A stretch of DNA of 64,000 nt from the human T2T-CHM13v2.0 reference genome, Homo sapiens. Below the pieces are notes generated by a model. It was not told where the DNA came from. It saw only the letters and a list, made by a program, of their open reading frames with translations, and did no database searches. Positions 57,126 through 64,000 of the stretch are shown here, one piece after another. Both the position numbers and the translations under genes were made by a program. Every line of letters starts with the position of its first letter. The first letter of the stretch is position 1. The stretch lies in assembly GCF_009914755.1 (NCBI RefSeq), contig NC_060933.1; one strand, written 5' to 3'.

Positions 57126-57828
57126 AAATTCTCAGAACAAAGAAATTGGAACAAAGTACAGACAACCCTTTTCAATAAGCATTACAAAATTTTTAGACGT
57201 AGGTTGCTTGAGTCCCAACTTACTGTCTCTATAATTAGAATTATTGAGTTACTGAGTTAAATCTAGCCCCAAGCAGGTTAATGTGTTACCTGACCCCTCC
57301 CCCCCAGCCAAATATATAGATTCAAGTAAACTTTTTGAAATACTGAACTATGAGTCTGTGAGTCATAGTTCATGGATTCCTGTGGACTTGAATGAGATGG
57401 AGGGGTCTGGGGAACCCAGGTTAGAAACCACAGTTATAATATGAAGAGCACTGGGCAGGGGGGTCAGAGGATGAAGGCCAGACTGACTGCTGGCCGCCGC
57501 CAACTAGCTAGCTATGTGAGCCAACCTCTCAGCCTGAGTTTTCTTGTCTGTGAAATGAGACGGGGGGTAAAAGGAAGTGGTAAAAGACCCTTCTAGCAAC
57601 CAAATTCTGTGATTTATGAATATTGTAACCTGTAAACTTTCAATGGCACCAAGGTGATTGTGAGGACCACAGTAGCCTGCTAATGTAAGCACTATTCTTC
57701 AGGTCACAGTTTCAGGGCCAAAACACCATCCTTCCCAGGTCGTCAAGTAATTCTCCTCGGTAGATGATCTACTGAGGCCGGCGATTATTCAGCCCTTCGG
57801 GAGGTGAGTGCAGAGCTGTTTTTCTCAC

Positions 57829-57933
57829 CATCTTTAGCCTTCTGGGTATTCCTCATGCTTCCCCCTCTCTCAGGAGAATCTCTTGCCTCCTCCTCATCTT
57901 CTTCTTCCTGATTTATCACTGCCTCTGCCCCAT
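57829..57933 (-). other. Candidate 105-nt exon-like unit (unverified)
   Basis: gtcag|AT...AAAGATG|gtgaga; symmetric phase; open frame DGAEAVINQEEEDEEEARDSPERGGSMRNTQKAKDG; weak pyrimidine tract. Confidence 0.22.
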
Positions 57934-59003
57934 CTGACATTAGGAAAGTGTTTCATCGTGCTCGAGTAGAAGATTTCATGGGAAACAGACTACCATCTTT
58001 GGAACAGGATCCGATATGAATAATTCTTTGAAACATTTTTCTCTGCATGTCTGTATCTTAGTCAACTTTCAGTTTCCCCTGCTTGAGGAGAGTGGGGCAT
58101 GTAGACAATCCAAATGTCATCTATATTTGGCTTTAGAGTGTGTTTTCTACTTAGCTTTGAGTTCTGGATAGATCTGCGATTCTGGGAACTGACTTTAAAC
58201 AAAATCACGAAGCTTTGCAGTGAAGACACATCTGACTCACAAGTAAGTTGAATGCTTTCCAAGGGCCCATTTTTTTAGAACTTGCTCAACTCTTTCCTGC
58301 AATAATGCTGTGCTTGGATCAGCCCACTTTCTCTCAGACCCTGGCAAACTGGCCATTCCAATATTCCTTCCTGTTAAAAGGTGGTTGCCATTTGGCTTTT
58401 TATTTGTAATTCATGCGAAGTTCAATAAGTAATATGAAACATTTCAGTAAGTGGTTCGGTGGGAGACATTATCAAAACAATTAGAATGTGTTACTGTCAA
58501 TAAGCAAGAAATCAAAATTTCATAATCTTCTCTGACTCATGTGGAATTGACTTATACTTATGGCCCTTTCAGCTTTTAATGAAGAATGGCCAAAAAGTAT
58601 AGAGTATTCAAGTTTGCTCAAATAAGAATCAATTGCTTCTTCCTCTGAGCCCCCATAGCAAGAATGTATTTTTTCAATGTAGTGGCTTTAATCACCTAAT
58701 AGTATAGTATAGTACATGTTTTAAATGGGAGGATGGGCACTGTCTTCATTCATCCTTAAGTCCCTGACACCTAGCCCAAGTTTCCACCTATGATCGGTGT
58801 TTATCTAGTATTTGTTAAATGTGGGATTTCTCTCCTGATTGTCGGATTAACCCTTGAGTCCTTAGGACTCCTCGCTGCTTCTCAGTATCTCACATACCTT
58901 TTGCTAGCCACAAGAGAAAAAACAAAAACAAAACACCTCGCATCTTCAACAACCTTCACTTAAAATGTGTATAATAACTTTTCACGTAGAAAAGTGCTGA
59001 GAA

Positions 59004-59278
59004 GGCTGGGTGCAGTGGCACATGCCTGTAATCCCAGCACTTTGGAAGGCTGAGGTGGGTGGGCACTTGAGGCCAGGAGTTCAAGACCAGCCTGGCCAAC
59101 ATAGCAAAACCCCGTCCTTACTAAAAATACAGAAAATTAGCCGGGCGTCGTGGAGCACACCTGTAATCTCAGCTACTTGGGAGACTGAGGATGCAGTGAG
59201 CTGAGATCGCGCCACTGCACTCCAGCCTGGGTGACAGAGTGAGACTGTGTCTCAAAAAAAAAGAAAAGAAAAGAAAAA
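59004..59278 (+). mobile_element. Alu with a deletion in the right arm
   Basis: Dimer lacking about 35 nt in the right arm; TSD agaaaagtgct-like. Confidence 0.88.
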
Positions 59279-59289
59279 GTGCTAATAAA

Positions 59290-59452
59290 ATACCTTAATG
59301 TGCATATGAATGAATTGGGGATCTTGTTAAAATGCAGATTTCAATTCAGCAGTTCTGAGAAGAGGCTAAGATTCTTCATTTGTAATAAGAGCCCAGGTGT
59401 CTAGACCAGGACCACTGGTCCTGGTCACAGACCACACTTTGAGTATCAAGAA
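59290..59452. mobile_element. MER5B-like MITE
   Basis: 'gggatcttgttaaaatgcagatt...gaccacactttgagta'. Confidence 0.8.
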
Positions 59453-60119
59453 CTCTAAGTTGACTTGTGTATATTGTTAATTGACTGAGTGTTTAAGCAG
59501 GGAGGAAAAACACGGTTTAGCTTTCCAGTGAGTATGTCATTTAATATTTCTTACACACACAGAAAGGGTGAGGAAGGGTTAACAGGGTTCTGTGTGAATG
59601 ATGTTCAGCAGGTGAGAAAGGAAACTAATACAGCTGGCTGGATCTTGCTTTATGTGCTGTGCCTCAGCTCAGCAAACTGAGCTGGAGTGGGGTTAGGGTG
59701 AGCAGGGTCAACTGCTAAAACACAGTTTACTGCGGGGGTGAGACAGCAGCTGTTTTAACATCTCCCCCAATACCACACCCCCTCTGAGGACTAGAAGCAT
59801 AAGAATGTATTGTATCCAAAAGAAATGGTCAGGAATGGTAGTTTAGACCTGCCTGTCTCAAATACCAATTGCCTAGTTGAGAATTTACCCAAGACATTAG
59901 TACTAGTGATTATGTCACTTTTCTTCTGCAAAGATGTGTTCATCTGTCTCATTTGTCACAATTTAGGTACATACATTTTCTGGTCTTCAGTTTCCTAGAA
60001 TTTTCTTAGATAGAAATATGCTGTGTGTGTGTACTTGTGGGTGTGTTCCCCTGGGGCTCTGTATCTGTGTGTCATTTGAAAGAAAATTTAAAGCTCTTTT
60101 TAAAATCTTTTTTTTTTTT

Positions 60120-60626
<507 letters not shown>

Positions 60627-60852
60627 TTAAAACCTTTTCTTGATAGCCTTTTGCATTTCAGGTTTCTTGAAGTATCTCTGCTTGTTTGCTTCTGTTTCAA
60701 AGATCATAACAGGCAGCAGGCCCCATTGTGGGGGAAAGTGGTAGCAAATGGATCTGTGATAGCAGGTGTCATCCTCATCATCTCTTTACAGTAATCGAAT
60801 TGGTTGAAGATACATGGAAATCCAACTAGATACACTTGTAAAAATATCACCT

Positions 60853-61360
60853 GCCAGTGCAGTGGCTCACACTTATAATTCCAGTACATTGGGAGGCTGA
60901 GGTGGGAAGATTGCTTGAGGCCAGGAGTTCAAGACCAGCCTGGGCAATGTAGCAAGACTCCATCTCTAAAAAAAAAAAAAAAAACAGTTTTCAAGTTTGC
61001 CTGGGTGTGGTGGCATGCACCTGTAGTCCTTGCTTCTTGGAGGACTGAGGCAGGAGGATTACTTGAGCCCAGCAGTTCAAGGTTACAGTGAGCTAATTAG
61101 CTGGGTGTGGTGGTGGGTACCTGCAATCCCAGGGAGGCTAAGGCAGGAGAATTGCTTGAACTCAGGAGAAGGAGGTTGCAGTGAGCTGAGATTGCTCCAT
61201 TGCACTCCAGCATGGGCAACAGAGTGAGACTCTGTCTAAAAAAAAAAAAAAAAAAAAAAAGTTCAAAAAATGTTTAAAAAGTTACAGTGAGCTATGATTG
61301 TGCCACTGCATTCCAGCTTGGGTAACAGAGCAAGACTCTGTTTCTTAAAAAAAAAAAAAT
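60853..61360 (+). mobile_element. AluJ with a 5'-truncated Alu right monomer inserted in its right arm
   Basis: Duplicated target gttacagtgagcta at 61082-61095 and 61281-61294. Confidence 0.85.
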
Positions 61361-62199
61361 TACTAAAACATTTGTGATTGCCATTTGATGACTACATACC
61401 GTAACTACTCAATTTTGCCTTCCTTTCATGTGAATAGTGTCCTTTGCTGCATCTGCATTTGAGCTGCCCAAGAGCCCAACTAAATTAATCCCTCCAGAAG
61501 TAAAGGAGATGAAATCAACCAATCTGAGGAAAGCCTGACCAAGGCATTCATGTATCAAAAAGATATGGAATACCTACCCACTGCATACATGATACTAGAA
61601 ATCCTACAGCTTCCCTGCACAGTGGCTGTGGTTTTCATTTATATGAAACTGAGGCCAGAGAGGTAAAGAACTTGGCCTGAAGTCACATGGGGCACTGGGT
61701 ATTATTTGAAGCAGTTTTTTTCAAAAAAGTCACGGAGAAACATTACTCAGAGCCTCTCCCTCACACCCTGCAGATAGAGCTCTGAATCTCGGCATCTGTG
61801 AGTTGTTTCTTTTGGGCTTTTTAAAAAGTCTTCCAGAATTGTGGAATGGGATAGTTTCAGTTAAAATATCTGTTTTTGAAAATCATGACCAATAATAAAA
61901 ATCAAGAATGTCCTATTACATATTTCATACCTTTAAGAATTTTGTTTTGCTCTAATTGGTCTTATTGGATTAAATGATTTCTAAAGTCTTCTCTGGGACT
62001 TCACTTTTGTGTTTCAAGTTTCTTATCCATCTGAAAGCCATATATTTGGGTTAAACCAAATTATTAGCAATAGGTATCTTTGTAGAATTTCTAGTAGTTT
62101 GGAAGGAGTTGAATGTACTAGAATCATAGCACGTATTTCAGCTGCTTTATTAGCAGTCTAGCTAAGGGGAGTTTATTGTTCCAGTTTTAGTCATTATAA

Positions 62200-62520
62200 T
62201 ACAGCCCTGTTTAATATTGCATGATCTGTGGGTTGCCATAAACTTGGTACAAATTGGAGTGCTGATATAACATGAAATGAAGCGCCTTGTCTGAATGTTG
62301 CTTTTGTTTTGCATTTAACAAATTAGTATGTTGACATTTGTCACTGATGGATTTCATTATTTGCTGAAAGGGTTTTAGGGGGTTTGACAGCATGAATGGT
62401 TTGTCTTACAGACTTTTGAGAATTGATAAAAGCATCTTTGTTCTTTGTACAAAAGCACAACAGATATCGTATTGATGGACACACAAAAAGGGATGGCTTG
62501 TGTAGCTGCAACATAAAATA
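62200..62520. promoter_or_regulatory. Candidate PBX/HOX/MEIS-type enhancer
   Basis: TGACATTTGTCA (62332-62343), TGATGGAT (62345-62352), TGACAG (62385-62390), TGATGGAC (62473-62480) in unique DNA. Confidence 0.35.
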
Positions 62521-63372
62521 AACCAAGAAAATAATTTTCGAGTTGCTACTTACTCTTTTATGTGATTTCTTCTTCTCATCCTTTTTTTCCTGATAAAAGA
62601 ATGAGTTTCGTTCATCTCAATAACAAGCTCAAGAGCAATCAATAATCTTTCAGTAAAATTAAAATATTGGCTTCTTTATGCTCCACTTACATATCGTTTA
62701 AGGAGGATTATTTTAAAACATTATAAACACAGTTATGGTTCAGATTGCATTAAATAACTGTTCCACGTCCTCAGATAACAGAGGTGAGATGGGGGAGCAG
62801 GAAACTAAGAGTTCCGTAAAATAAGGAAAAGGACTAAAATTTTGATTTCAAATTCTAGTTTTATCAAAATGGTAAATATGCATGTTCTTCTGTCATTTTT
62901 TTTTGTTATATTTAGAGGGATAGCCTCATCATTCAAATGTACCTTCCTGTACATATCATGGAGCCCTTATTGGAAGTTGCTCACCTCACGCTTTTGCCAC
63001 AATCTTGTTAAAATCTGTTATAAAGTATGCTCTGGGAAACACATGCACACACACTCACACTCACAGAGGACTTCCAGTAAAAGCCTTGCTAGAAAGCTAC
63101 AAACAATGAAATCTATCAATGATCAGATGATAACACCCATCACTAACAACTGCCAACACTCAGACTAAAGCAGTCAAGACACTGAGGGAACCATCCATCA
63201 TCCCTGTCATTTCTGCAGGGAGTGCAGAAGGGGCTGGGGGGAGGGGGCCGGGGCCCTGTAGTGGACAGAAGTGACAGCAGATCATGCAGCAGAATGCAGA
63301 TCCAAACATGACCTCCAGTATCTACTGTGAAAATTTGTGGGAATCAAGACAGGGAAAGAAACGAATAACTTA

Positions 63373-64000
<628 letters not shown>

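Overview
Primate (human-like) genomic DNA, intronic or intergenic, dominated by interspersed repeats: more than 40 Alu copies or fragments, old L1M and L2 LINEs, MIRs, MaLR LTRs and hAT-Charlie DNA transposons. No host protein-coding gene can be recognised; almost all listed ORFs are Alu, microsatellite or chance frames. The largest real structure is a decayed two-LTR class I (ERV1, MER101-like) provirus at 32633-40991 on the minus strand. It has readable gag, RNase H, integrase and env remnants, lacks protease and RT, and carries a solo LTR8 inserted in the integrase core. The most unusual item is a 325-bp LTR-derived insertion at 45858-46182 whose two ends are the same LTR end in inverted orientation, with a 4-bp target-site duplication. 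Also present: a Charlie transposase fossil, three short non-Alu foldbacks, trimeric and inverted Alus, and motif-rich repeat-free blocks that may be enhancers. Repeat family names come from recalled consensus sequences, not from a search. Boundaries lacking a stated TSD are approximate (about +/-20-50 bp).
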